Shown piece by piece: positions 27,343-40,264 of a DNA stretch of 64,000 bases. The stretch lies in contig OX597819.1 in NCBI GenBank assembly GCA_951406725.2, positions 90,148,001 to 90,212,000 on the forward strand, written 5' to 3'. The notes below the pieces were generated by a model that saw only the letters and a list, made by a program, of their open reading frames with translations, was not told the DNA's origin and ran no database searches. Within the stretch, counting starts at the first letter, position 1. Every line of letters starts with the position of its first letter. A program made the translations under genes and the position numbers. The DNA comes from Octopus vulgaris. Taxonomy: Eukaryota.

Positions 27343-27381
<39 letters not shown>

Positions 27382-27384
<3 letters not shown>

Positions 27385-27958
27385 GCTTGACTTTTGCTTT
27401 GTATTTGTACAAGCCTACTTCAAGTCTCATCCAGAGACCTCAAGAGACAACAAGTTACAAGTTCAAGTTTGTGTTATGACTAGGGTACCATATATTTGGT
27501 TTTGCACAAAGTATTCTGGAGAATGTTTAAGAAAACAAAAAATTCATAGGCTTGTTTTAAAATTTAGGATTACAGAGACAGTATTTTATGTAGGATATGG
27601 GCAGTTCCCATGAGCACTATGTTTTGAATTTCTGCCTTTTTGGATTTCCTGGTATCTGAGCTAGGTAACATTCAGCCCTTTTTACTATCATTCCTAGGTC
27701 ACTTATAACAACAGGTACTGTTTTAGTCTTCAGGTTCCACATTTTGCTAATTTCTATTTCAAGATCTTTATACTTACTCAGTTTTTGGTAGGTCTTGACA
27801 GATATGTTTATATCAATTGGGACAGTCATATCAATGAGGAGGCATGATTTTTGTCTGAAGTCTTTTAATATGATGTCTGGCCTATTTGTATCTATCTTTC
27901 TGTCAGTTTGAATGGTGAAGTTCCAGAGGAGTGAGAGAGAAGTGAGATGTGATCATTT
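27382..27958 (-). mobile_element. R4/Dong-type non-LTR retrotransposon 3' end (restriction-like endonuclease)
   Basis: LWNFTIQTDRKIDTNRPDII...LLIDMTVPID.N...K..KLSKYKDLEIEISKMW....VPVV..LG. Flanked on both sides by (TAA)n/(TTA)n. Confidence 0.8.
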
Positions 27959-28061
27959 TCAATTATTATTATTATTATTATTATTACTTCTCTAATTCCG
28001 AATTATCATCATCATCATCATTATTATTATTACTATTATCATTATTATTTCTCTATTTCAG

Positions 28062-28102
28062 AAAACTGATTGATGCTGATGTATTTTCCAAGTCAGACCC
28101 TA
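28062..28102 (+). CDS. CPNE8: Copine (CPNE8-like) internal exon, 41 nt, C2A domain: (R)KLIDADVFSKSDP(M)
   Basis: Acceptor ctctatttcag| and donor |gtaagt. The peptide matches the copine C2A motif L.D.D.FSKSDP. It ends in phase 1 and joins the 41397 exon to make ATG. The paralogue label is tentative. Confidence 0.9.
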
Positions 28103-28285
28103 GTAAGTATGAGTTTTCTTTGTCACTACTGTTACCTTCATCATCACATTGCCTCCATAATTAACTGTATATTGTAATTTAACATCTTCATCACCAACAG
28201 CATCTTGTCCTTAGCCAATGGCCTACTTTAACACCATCAGATGATAATCCTTTGACATTGGACATATCTACAAGCTCAGCCATAT

Positions 28286-28686
28286 TTACTCTTTTACTTG
28301 TTTCAGTCATTTGACTGCAGCCATGCTGGAACACCGCCTTTAGTCAAGCAAATTGACCCCAGGACTTATTCTTTGTAAGCCTAGTACTTATTCTATTGGT
28401 CTCTTTTGCCAAACCACTAAGTTACGGGAATGTAAACACACCAGCATCGGTTGTCAAGCGATGTTGGGGAGACAAACACAGACACACAAACATATACACA
28501 CACATACATATATATATATATACGGCAGGCTTCTTTCAGTTTCTGTCTACCAAATCCACTCACAAGGCTTTGGTCAGCCTGAGGCTATAGTAGAAGACAC
28601 TTGCCCAAGGTGCCACACAGTGGGAATGAACCCAGAACTATGTGGTTGGTAAGCAAGCTACTTACCACATAGCCACTCCTGCGCCT
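28286..28686 (-). mobile_element. tRNA-head SINE family A, representative full-length copy
   Basis: Head GGCGCAGGAGTGGCT.TGTGGTAAG with B-box GGTTCA.TCC, CORE-like CACCTTGGGCAAGTG, an internal microsatellite, and tail ATGACTGAAACAAGTAAAAGA. Other copies start near 1848, 2925, 3490, 4628, 11200, 12430, 14915, 19725, 20817, 24122, 30163, 33128, 39568, 43080, 46370, 51932, 52350 and 56678. Confidence 0.85.
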
Positions 28687-28899
28687 ATATTTAGCAATCA
28701 TCTGATTAAAGGGTGGGACTCTTAACCATATAAACTGCTGTATGGAAACAGAATAGATCTCCTCTCCTTATTAATAATAAATACAACACATTGCATGTCT
28801 GCATTCTTTATTGTACACACTATATTTTGTCTTTGTCATATATCATACACATGCAGTTCATTGATGACATTATAACAAAAGTCTTTTCAATTATTTGCG

Positions 28900-29190
28900 A
28901 GTTCTTCAGCTGTTTTGCCACTCCTGTCCAAGCAGGTCATGATGTTGTCCATCCATTGCGTTCCTTACCTTCTTCTTGATTGATCTACTACCCTCTGCTC
29001 CTCCTTCCATAATAATGTTTTCCTGGACCTCTGCTTCTTTGGATATAGCCATGATAGACAAGCTTTTGGGTTTTTTCACAAAGCTCAGGAGTTGTCATTT
29101 TTCACCTACTTGTAACACCCATTCATTTGTCCCATAGTCGTTGTAAAAGACTCATAACATTCTCCTACACACCTACTTTTCAAATGCATT
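28900..29190 (-). mobile_element. RTE/BovB-type LINE fragment
   Basis: Minus-strand traces: AFE..RRML..TNEWVL..QLL..KL..G.I..IMEG..EG.R..TQWMDNI. Confidence 0.6.
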
Positions 29191-29224
29191 GATTATGTAA
29201 ATTACTATTTTTACATAAATGTTT

Positions 29225-29283
29225 TACTACTACTACTACTACTGCAGTAGGAACAATCCCATATTGGTGATGGTGGTGGTGAC

Positions 29284-29319
<36 letters not shown>

Positions 29320-29382
29320 CGTCGTCGTCGTCGCTATCGTCGTCATCGTAGTGGTGGTGGTCGTGGTAGTAGTAGTAGTAGT
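29225..29382. repeat. Compound trinucleotide microsatellite (TAC/GTG/GTA/GTC)
   Basis: Seen directly. It explains the poly-V ORF. Confidence 0.9.
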
Positions 29383-30488
29383 TTCAAGTAGAAACTGGCT
29401 GTCATTCTGGATCATAATCCAGACTTTTAGGAAAATTATTCAGCTGTTCTTTCCCCACTCTTCACTCACCCAACACAAAATTATTGTTCTTGTTGCTATT
29501 GTTGTTGTCTGTATATATGTATGTTTATTCATTTAAACCATTTTTTTTCTCGTTTTTTGTCTTAGTACTGTTTCTTCCTCTTTGCCAAGCCAGCTGACGT
29601 GTATCAAAATATTGATTGTATTTGATTATGAAATATAACTATATTATTTCATCAACAACAACAATAATAATAGTAATAATAATAATAATAATAGTGATAA
29701 CCAAAATCAAATTTTTTTAAAAACAAAATAAATGAATATTTAAAAGAGAAACAGTAAAAGTCAAGTGTTTTTAATTCATATTAAATTGTCATTATTTTTC
29801 ATACTTACTACCAATTAATCTGTTTAACTGGAATGTGCAGCACTTTTTAGTTTGAGTAGCTGTGGCATTAAGCTCAGTATTTCTCTAAATGCTCCTGAAT
29901 CACACCCCATCTCCTACCAAGCTTCCTCCACCCACTTCTAGCAGATCTTTCTCACAGTTACAACTGCTGTGAGCCAAGTCAATGATATCACACCATTGAT
30001 CATTGCAATCTTTTATCTTCTGCTTTCATCTTCTTCCTTAGTTTCCTTCATCATGTTTGTGATAAAACTGTGTATCAAACACAGGTACATGGAAAACAAA
30101 AAAAAAAAAAAAGAAACGTGTACCTCATACTGGTATGTGTTTCCTATAAAATATCTAAGTGTAAAGGTGTGGCTGTATGGTAAGAAGTTTGCTTCTCAAC
30201 TACACTGTTCTGGGTTCAACCCCACTGCTTAGTTATCTTGGGCAATTTTCTTCTACTCTAGCCTCTGGCTGACCAAAGCCTTGTGAATGGATTTGGTAGA
30301 TGGAAATGGAAAAAAGCCCATTTTATTTTATGTATGTATATATATATATATATATATATAGATATAGATAGATAGATAGATATAGTAACCCCCCACCAAA
30401 AAAAAAAAAAAGAACAAACACAAAGAAACAACTAGGACGTGGTACATGTAAAGTATTAGCAGACACTCAGGGAAGGAAAGAAAGGTGG

Positions 30489-30521
30489 TTTTACATTTCA
30501 AGCAAAGCTCTTCTTCAGAAA
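30489..30521 (-). ncRNA. Minimal hammerhead-like motif in a Penelope-type terminal fragment
   Basis: Minus strand TTT-CTGAAGA-AGAGCTTTGCTT-GAAA-TG-TA-AAA, a CpG-decayed form of ...CTCGAAACGTA. It lies in a fragment (~30385-30607) flanked by TA repeats. Confidence 0.45.
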
Positions 30522-30619
30522 GAGGAAAGTCCAATAGAAAAGGAAGATGGAGGAAAAAAAATCACCAACGATTCACATGTGTTACATTTTGAAATGACCG
30601 GAAGAGAATATATATATAT

Positions 30620-31022
30620 ATGAGGACAGCTGCATAAAGAAGTGTTGATCTCTGTGGAGAGAACCTGTAGAAGAGGTAGACCCAGGAAGACATGAGATGA
30701 AGTGGTGAAGCATGATCTTCAAAAGTTGGGTCTTATGGAGGCGATGACAAGTGACCGAGACAATAACTGTGCTTGAGAAGACTTGTCAGGTGAAATCATA
30801 GTTGAAGCCGATGTCGGTGACAGGTAAAAGCACCTGTGCTGGTGACACATTAAAAGTACCTACTGCATCCTAGGAGTGGTTGGCATTAGGAAGGTTATCC
30901 AACCATAGAAACCAAGCCAAAATTAGATTGGCACCTAGTACATCTCTCTGGTTTACCAGTTCCATTCAAACTGTCTAACCAATGCCAGCATGAAAAGCAG
31001 ATGCTAAATGATGATGATGATA
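30620..31022 (+). mobile_element. RTE LINE 3' end
   Basis: EDSCIKKC..RGRPRKT.DEVVKHDL..LGL.EAMTSDRD followed by the shared 3' UTR and (GAT)n. Confidence 0.75.
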
Positions 31023-33596
31023 GTCATTGAACAATAAGAATGAGTGTTCAACATCGTAAGATGTTAGTCATATAATGAAAAGTCAAGGAAGCTCTCAAAG
31101 TGTACACAAGCTATGGAAAAGAGATACCTAGGAAGACGTGGGATAAAGGGATGAAGGTTGATTTCAAGATATTGAACCTTATGAAGAATATGATAAAGGA
31201 CCATAAAGAATGGAAATACATAATGCTGGAGAAGACCTGACTATTTGTATAAGTTTGGAAATACAAACATTAAAATGGGAGCAATGATAGAAATTGAGAG
31301 TATAATATATTTGTATTTGTGTCTCTCACTCATTATTGTCTTCTTGTTCAGTTTCCAACTACTTCTCCCATCTTCTTATTTCCTTATCATCCATCCTTTC
31401 TTCTAATCATATTACACAGGCACGGCACATAGGCAGTATGGTGTCTATGTATTGAACGATAGCATTGGACCAGTCCATATTCAATCCCCCTCTACAAATT
31501 CCCTTATCACTCAACCTCTCTCCCATCATGATGCCTCTGTAATGAGGGATAACACCAGGTCTATCTTTTCTATTACTACTACTATTCCTCCTGATACTGC
31601 CACCATTACTAATGCTTGCATCACCACCTTAGGTAAAATGAGATGTTAAATTATATATTATCACATTTACCAACACACTAAGTAAGGTTAACCAGTATGC
31701 TACCCTGAAGTGGGCATGTTTTAATCACTCTACCATCACCCTTCTGTACTGCTGTTCATTTCTCTCCCTCTCCCTCAATTCACTCTTATTGACACTGTCA
31801 CTCTCTTATCATTACTTATCCCTGTCATTATCCAACATTCTCTTTCTCTTACCATCATCTGTCTATTGCTATCCATCAGTCCCCCTCTCATGTTGCTCTG
31901 TAGCCTGACACTTATTGCTGATATATATCAATCTCTCTCCCAACACACTCTTTCACTTCTACTAATTCTTTGTCCATCACTCTTCCTCTCTTTTTCACTA
32001 TATTCTCTCTCATCACACTACTTTTGTTATGTTTCTATTCAGCCCACTTACCATTAACAGCACAGTACCTGCCATCAGTGTTTCTCTGCTATTACTCACT
32101 CCTCTCCACTCCCGCAAGTCCATTACTTTGTTTCTCTCATCATACTTTCTCTTCTTTCATTGTCTTTGTTTCATTCTTCTTCTTCTGTCATTGCTCTCTC
32201 TCTCCCCCTCCCCTTCTCTCTCTCCAATGAATAAAAACAATGCAGAATTGTGACGACACTAATTTTGCAGGGGACATTACAACCTCTCTAGTAAAGTGGA
32301 CATAAAATGGTGATGCTGATGTTGCATACATAATTTTTTCCCCCAGTAATGTGATGAGAGTGCAGCATCAATTAGCAACATATATGTAACATATATATCT
32401 AATATGTGACCATTAATTTGTAATTACGTTCTCAGTTAAGATATATGTATTTCAATCAGAAGTGGCCAGAGACTGTCTGCTTTTCATATATTTTTTTTTA
32501 TGTTTTTCCTTTATTTTTATTTTATTTATTTATTAATTTATTGCAAGCCTCTTCCTTTACAGTAATTAAGACAATAAATAAAGGTTAAAGCAATATTGGG
32601 CAAATTTGAACATGGTGTGTTATTTAATGACTGTTTCCAGTTAATATTCAGTAACAAAATGGCAATGTTCCAGTGCTATATTATGTTAGCAGATGGTGAA
32701 GTTGCTTAATTTAAATGCCATAATATAATGTAGCAATAAATTTACGCTCGAATTTACTTACTACAACAGAACCAACAGAAGGCAATCTATGTAAAGCATT
32801 TTATTTCTAAGTAGTAATTATTGTTGTTTAACTACATACAGGTCAGCCCTAATAGAGCAGACATGGTCAAATATATTCATACAATGGCTATCTTATTTTG
32901 TTTTGTTTTGTTTCACTTTTTTACTTTTTTTTTTTTACAGTACCACATTATCCAATGTGTTCTTTCTATTTTAAGACTAGCGTTTAGGTTGAGAAAGATT
33001 TGGTTGTTATTTTTAGCAAATTAAACAACCATTTAGAGGTTGGCTTCATTCTAAAACAATACTTATCAGAAGTTCGTTATCCTCATCAATTGATCTAAAG
33101 AATGATTTATGTAAAACAAAAACTGACAGGCATATACATGGCTGTATGGTTAAGAAGCTTGCTTTGCAATCACATGATTTCAGGTTCAGTCCCATTGTGC
33201 ATCACCTTAGGCAAGTATCTTTTACTGTGGCCCTGGTTGATCACTGCCTTGACTGAATTCAATAGTTGGAAACTATGCAGAAACTTGTTGTGCGTGTGTA
33301 TGTATATACATATTTATGTGTGTATTTATCTCCCACCACCATATAACAACTGGTGTTGTTTTGTCTATGTCTGTAACTTAGCAGTTTGGTAAAAGAGACT
33401 GATAGAATAAGTGCCAAACTTAAAAAATGCACTGGTGTCAATTTGTTTGATTAAATCCTACAAGGAAGTGCCCCAGCATGGCCACAGTCCAGATTAACTG
33501 TTTTATCTCAGCAACCAGAATCAGGGATAAAATGACATACTCGAATCCTTGTGCCTTGATCCAGTTGAATCCCCATGTAACTTCATCCTCAGTCTC

Positions 33597-34053
33597 TTAA
33601 TCCGTTAGCATTTAGATTACTCTTTCAAATGTAATGTTTATTTATTCACATTACATTGCTTTGAGTTAATAATGGATTATCTCATAGCTATGAGATTTCA
33701 ATAATGTGAATGTTTATTTTTCGAAATACATTGTAGGGTAGATGTAAGAGGCCAAATCTGGTTGGTTCAAATATTATGCAGATTGAACATTTGAGCAACA
33801 TATGGCCAGTTTAACCCATTTGTTACCAACCCAGCTGAAACCGGCTCTGGCTCTGAGTACAAATGTCTTGTTTTCATAAGTTTCAAATTAAAATCCTCCA
33901 CCAAATCTTAGTCACAATTTCTGTTCCTAACACTAGCTTAATGATAACTAAGTTATTTTAATAAATTCTTTGTTATATTTAAAGTAATTGAAAGAAACAC
34001 AGAACATCTCAAAATAAATACAGCAGCAAAAGGGTTAACTGCTATTAGGTTAA
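33597..34053 (-). mobile_element. MITE family 2, copy 3 (host of the nested family-1 MITE)
   Basis: Reverse complement of 879-1115, split at its internal TTAA. Confidence 0.7.
33811..34038 (-). mobile_element. piggyBac-like MITE family 1, copy 3, nested in a family-2 MITE
   Basis: Reverse complement of copies 1 and 2, with TTAA on both sides. Confidence 0.85.
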
Positions 34054-34540
34054 GCTGTATTCAGTACTTTAGTACAATTTTCTTTCTAAACCTCTTCCTG
34101 AAAGCTTGATCTTTATTAACCAATGAAATTTAGATATCGAAGAACATAAATTCATTATAATTAATGTCTTTACAACTATGGCAATTTCTACATTTCAATC
34201 TTTGAAATCTGGTTCCTCTCATAAACATTTCTCATAGGTCAAAAGAGGAAAAATATTGAATGTCAATCTCAGCAAACATATATATAAACACCAACATCAA
34301 TGATAAAGGTTACATATACAAAATTAGACAGACACCCATGTGTACACTTCAGAGCAGAAAATGCTATTGCTATAGACATGACTATAATGAAATTTACATA
34401 AATTTGTGCAGAAACTGGGCAACACCTACAGATCAATGAAGAGAAAGATACAAACTCCGATAAGTAATCAAATTGTCACATGTATTTATTTTCACCTACA
34501 ATCATGTTTACACACATATAGGCCACATTGACTTACGTAT

Positions 34541-34581
<41 letters not shown>

Positions 34582-37500
34582 TACATATACATACACACAC
34601 ATACACACACACTTAAATACATACTTGTATAAATACTTACGTACGTGTATGTGTGCACAACATTTATAAATACATTAACGACACATAATGGCCAAGTAGA
34701 TGGTACAAAAATCAAATTAATGAGGACAGCAAATTTGAAAAGAAGTGAAACAACAGAAATTCAATTAAAATAGTACATCTTTACAAATGTTATGAATTAT
34801 TACCTCTGACACGCCTGTAGGAATAATTCTGTAAACAGCAGAATTAGCTAGAATTTACCATTATTTAACCTTCTTCTACAAAAAGTTTTATTTCCCAATG
34901 GAAATGGTTACAAATTTCTGTTAGTGTTTAAAAGGCTTTTATTTTAGTTTTTAATTTTATTTCATTAATCTATAACATGAAAATGTAATCCAGTTCATTT
35001 GTTACATACATTTCGGAATGTCCATTAGGGATAGGGTACTCGCTGTATATTAGGTGGGCAAACATGTTAGAACCTTGGCAGGTGTATTTAAATGTACTCA
35101 CACCAAGGTTAATACACTTATTAACCTCAATATATTGGTTAGTTGTAATAATGTAAAATTTAACATCTCAGTTTATTTGAATGGAGAAGGTGGTGATGGT
35201 GGTGGTGGTGGCAGCGGAGATGGTGGCGGCAGCAGTGGCTGCTGCTGCTGCTGCAACAGCTCTAACAGCAGCAAGTGAAGGCCTGTGGCTTAGTGATTGG
35301 AGTATGCAGCTCACAATCATAAGGTTGTAAGTTCAATTCCAGGACTCGCATTGTGTCCTTGAGCAAGACACTTTATTTCACATTGCTCGAGTCCACTCAG
35401 CTGGCAAAAATGAGTTGTACCTGTATTTCAAATGGTCAGCCTTGTCACATGCACTGTCATGCTGAATCTCTCCAAGAACTACTTTAAGGGTACATGTGTC
35501 TGTGGAGTGCTCAGCCACTTACACGTTCATATTTACAAACAGGCTGTTCCATTGATAGGTGGTGGTGTTGGTGGTTTTGGTGGTGCTAGCAACAGCAGCA
35601 GCAGTAGTACTAGTTTTTTTTTAGTTCACTGTTCTCTATGTGTAATGGTTGGAGACCATTGATACAATGTAAAAATAAATTGACAAAAATTGATCTTAAA
35701 ATTGTCTTCTTTTTTAGATCTTAAACATCCTCTGTCTTGTTTTTGTGCTGGTCCAATATTTACAGCTGAGATGCTGCAGATCACTGTCTTTATCCATTGA
35801 TAAACACAGTTTAGCATCATGAAAGCAACAGTGTCAGTTCAATTGATTTCCCAGCTTCCATTTCCGTAAACTGCCATGTATACCAACGTTACTCTATTCT
35901 GAAAGACTTAGACTATGAATTAGATGTACTATGGTAGACATTCCATATCATTAGTCTCTTATTTTAGCAACCACCTTCATATATGCTATTATTCATTGCC
36001 CCAAGTGTTACATTGTCTTCATCATTATAAACAGAGTTCCTTTCTTTTGCAGTGTATAATCTTCATTTTACTTCTTTCATTTTTACTTTCGTTTTCACTT
36101 TCATTTTCACTTTCCTCAACTCTTATCTGTTGTCTATGTCTGCTTGTTGCTTCTAAATACAATCTTCAGTTTCTTCTTCCTTTATTCTTCTTGCATTCTA
36201 TAGAAGCTTTTGTATTCTTAGATTTTATTATTCATCAGATTAATGAAATTTCTGACATCATAAGGTCACTATAATTTTTCCAGTTATTTATACAAAACTG
36301 ATTTCATGTTGAGTTGCACTATTAATCACACATTATTGCTTTCTTTAAGTTTATTAAAAGCTTGGAAAACCTATTAAGTTTTAAAGAATATAATAGAAAA
36401 ATATTAGCTTGCTAAAAGTTTTGCATTTTTCTCTTAATTCCTTTCATTAAAATTCTAAATGAAAATTATTTTCTGTATAAAACCTAAAGTTTCACAGAAT
36501 TTTCTCATCGATTCTTGCCAATGAAACATTTTATGACATATTCTGTAGAAGAGATAACTGTGTAAAATATAGAAACGTTCCAACTGGAATGGAAAATTTT
36601 AAAGGAGCTGAAGATTGGTCTGTTATCAATCCTGTAAATATCAAAGTTTGAGGACATAGCTTCTGAAGGTTCTGCTTTAGTATAATTAGAAGCAATAGAT
36701 AACTGTTAAATTTAAAGAGATAAAAATTAACAGTTAGCAGAAATATATAATGAATATTAATATCATAAATTATAATGAATATTGGAAGCACTCAGTTTTT
36801 AGGCTGAATGTAAAGATGCAAAATGAGTGTACATTACTTATTTGCTATTCTAGTCTGTACTGTTAGAGGATATCTGTGACAGTAAATTGGAACACATTAG
36901 GCTAACAAGTTTGTACATAGAAAATTTCAGTTACATCTGGTATCATGTACATTACATTATTGAGTGCTTAGTTGTGTAAATTCATAGTCACTGTATATTT
37001 TTTAAGAAGCTCACTGGCTAATCACAACACCAAGCATTGATTTTCTATATATCGCTGGCAGGGAAATGAGTTGCTGCTCTCCAGCAGTCAAGTATCCATC
37101 ACTGATGAGGCTAAGGAATGTATAAATCACATGATCTGGTTGTCTCAGCACTGGAGGTAGCAGGGATTTATCTCTCTGCTAGCAATATAAACAAGAGTGC
37201 ATTTTGCACCAAAAGCCAATATGAGAGTTTCTCTCATGTTATCTATCACAGTATAGTTTGTTCTAACAGTACATCCATATTTAACTGGGGATAAATAGTA
37301 CCTCTCAGTATTATTACTGCCTTTATTGCTAATAAATACAGTTAATGGAATTCATTGTTCATGACTTTTTACTCTCGGTTTGTTGATAATCTAATGTTGT
37401 TTTAATATGCTTGACTTGTGGTAGAGGTGAGCAAGATGGACTCTTTTGGGTTAATATAGCCTTGATTCCTTGGGGTTTATGAGTGTTGTATGACAACTCA

Positions 37501-38730
37501 ACTCTTCTGAGCCTAGAGTAGTTAGAAAGTTGAATTTGTGATCATAAAGTCATGTTTTTGATACCCAAGCCAAATAGAGTGTTGAGCTCTTGAGCAAAAT
37601 ACTTCATTTCTTGTTGCTCACTCAGCCAAAAATGAGTACCAGTGATACTTGGGGATTAATTCTATAACAGATTGATATCCCATTCAGTAAGGAATATTTT
37701 ATTCTTAGTCACATAAATGCCATAGGAACTGAGATAAACTCCAGCTTAATGAATCTTTTATGCCTGTGACAGATTTAAGACTTAAGATTTATTTCTCAGG
37801 ATTTTATGGGATATACAGTGAATCTGTATTAGTGTTATTGTACTGTTCCTATATGTTGTTAGTTAACTGCCAAAGGAAGAAAGAAGAGATAATACAACCA
37901 AATATTGAAGTTAACTGACCACCTATGAGCATCCAACAAGAATGACTGATCTATATAGACCCCACCCCCCAGAACACATATATTGGTTTCAAATTTTGAC
38001 AGAAGGCCAGCAAGTTTGGGGTTTGGGGTAAGTTTATTACATCGACCCCAGTGCTCAACTGGTACTTATTTTATCAACCCCATACTATGAAAGGCAAAGT
38101 CGACCTCAGTGGAATTTGAACTCAGAATGTTAAGAAAAACAAAATGCTGCTAAGCATTTTGCCCAGTGTGCTAACAATTCTGCTAGCTCACCTCCTTCCA
38201 GTACCTATGCATATAAACCAATATTCTCACCACAAACTAGATGAAGTGGAGCAGCGGGATCATGTTAGTGACTAGGTGGCTGTTGGAGCAACAAAAGTTT
38301 TGACCCAAAATAATAATTGTTTAAGTGAAGTTAACAATCTTTGTGTGTTCTTGAATGGCTAGTATATGTGTCTTCCACACTGCAATTGTTTTAGTTTCAA
38401 CATATAATCTCAAAACAAGTCATTTGCCTAACAAATACACCTCTGTAAATAATGGTTTTCGTCCATATAATATCACCATAATACTGGACAAATTTAAAAG
38501 TTCTTCAACCATCTGAATTTTATCAAAATGGCAATATGCCTGTCTCGTTTTCAACTGTCTTAGCATCCTTCATAAGAAACACCATTCTAACCTGCAATAT
38601 TTCAAAATTAACATTAAAAGCATTTGTTGTTGCTTAGTGCCATGTTAGATGGATCCTGGTAGCTTGTGATCAAAGATATTTCCAGTGTAACCATCCCATT
38701 TTACTATTCTTACCACTGTGTCTAGGACTA

Positions 38731-38982
38731 CGTGGAGGTGCATGGTTTAGTGGTTAGGGTATCAGTATCATGATCGTAAGATTGTGGTTTCGATTCCTGG
38801 ACCGGGCGACATGTGTTCTTGAGCAAAACACTTCATTTCATGCTACTCCAGTCCACTCAGCTGGCAAAAATGAGTAACGCTGCAATGGACTGGCATCCCA
38901 TCCAGTTGTGAAACACATATGCCATTGAAACTGGGAAACCGGGCCCATGAGCCTGGCTAGGCTTTAAAAGGGTGCATTTATT
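38731..38982 (+). mobile_element. tRNA-head SINE family D (others at ~35276-35557, ~37510-37770 and ~50382-50698 on -)
   Basis: A-box TGG.TTAGTGG, B-box GTTTCGATTCC, then GTGT.CTTGAGCAA.ACACTT.ATTTCA..TCCACTCAGCTGGCAAAAATGAGT. Confidence 0.75.
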
Positions 38983-40222
38983 ATTTTTTTTATTATCTAG
39001 GATTACATTATCAAATGTGTTCTTCCATTATTTTTAAGATAAATTATGATATGATAAAGATTTTGCTGCTAATTCTTGCTGGTTTAGTAACCACATAATT
39101 TTTTTTTTTCATATTGGATATGGACTATCAATAGTACTTTTAATCTGACCATTATTAAAAAGGAACTTCAATATGTCAGTTTCAATAGTGATGCTTATGA
39201 TTAAATTGTGTATGTATTTCATTATCTAGAACCCATTGTTTTGGTGGGATAGGGTAAATTTTATAGTGAATGACTTTGAACAGAAACATTAATAAAGCCA
39301 ATGAGTTGTAATACTATTTTCTTTAATAGTTTTAGCTATTGATGCTGAAGAGATTGATTATGTATAGTTTAGGAGTTCTAAAAAGGAAGGAAACTGTGTT
39401 ATAGAAAAAATATTATTGAATGTGTTCATTTTTTATGATGTATTGAATAACAGATTGCATTTACATATTTCTGTTCTATTATATAAAATGTAAGACAAAA
39501 ATGAATTATTTTCATTAGTGGCAAACTAGGGTTTCTGATAAACTTTATTCTTTTATTTTTTTATCTGTTCTTTTGCTTGTTTCAATCATTAGACTGCAGC
39601 CATGCTGGGGCACTGCCTTAAGGCATTTTTGTTGAGCAAAACAACCCCAGTGCATTTTTTAAAAAGCCTGGTACTTTTTCTATTGGTATCTTTTGTCAAA
39701 CTGCTAAGTTACAGGGAAGTAAACAAACCAACACTGGTTGTCAAGTTGTGGTGGTGATGGGGACTGGGAGTCAAACACAAACATAGCATATACATATAGA
39801 TATATGCTAGTGCCGCCTGACTGGCACTCATGCCGGTGGCACATAAAAAGCACCATTTGAGTGTTGGGTCTCATGGAGGTAGTGACAGGTGACCAAGACT
39901 CTTGGTGACATACTTTGCTTGTGTTGACCTGTCAAGCCAAGTGAGGCCATAGTTGTGGCTGATACCAGTGTCTGATCAATGCCGGCGGCACTTAGAATCA
40001 CCCACTACACTCTCGAAGTGGTTGGCATTAGCAAAGGCATCCAGCCATAGAAACCTTGTCAAATCAGATTGGAACCTGGTGCAGCAACCCCACCCTAACT
40101 TACAAGTCTTCAATCAAACCGTCCAAGCCATGCCAGCATGAAAAGCAGATGTTAATGTTGATGATATATATATATATATATAGATAGACAGTCAAACATA
40201 TACACACACACATATATATATA

Positions 40223-40259
<37 letters not shown>

Positions 40260-40264
<5 letters not shown>

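Noticed and set aside
34812-34855. CTGACAC..ACAGCAGAA hammerhead-like trace
   Set aside because: Both core boxes deviate and helix I is not supported.
35276-35350. tRNA-like A/B boxes here and at other SINE heads
   Set aside because: These are SINE heads without a complete cloverleaf, not tRNA genes.
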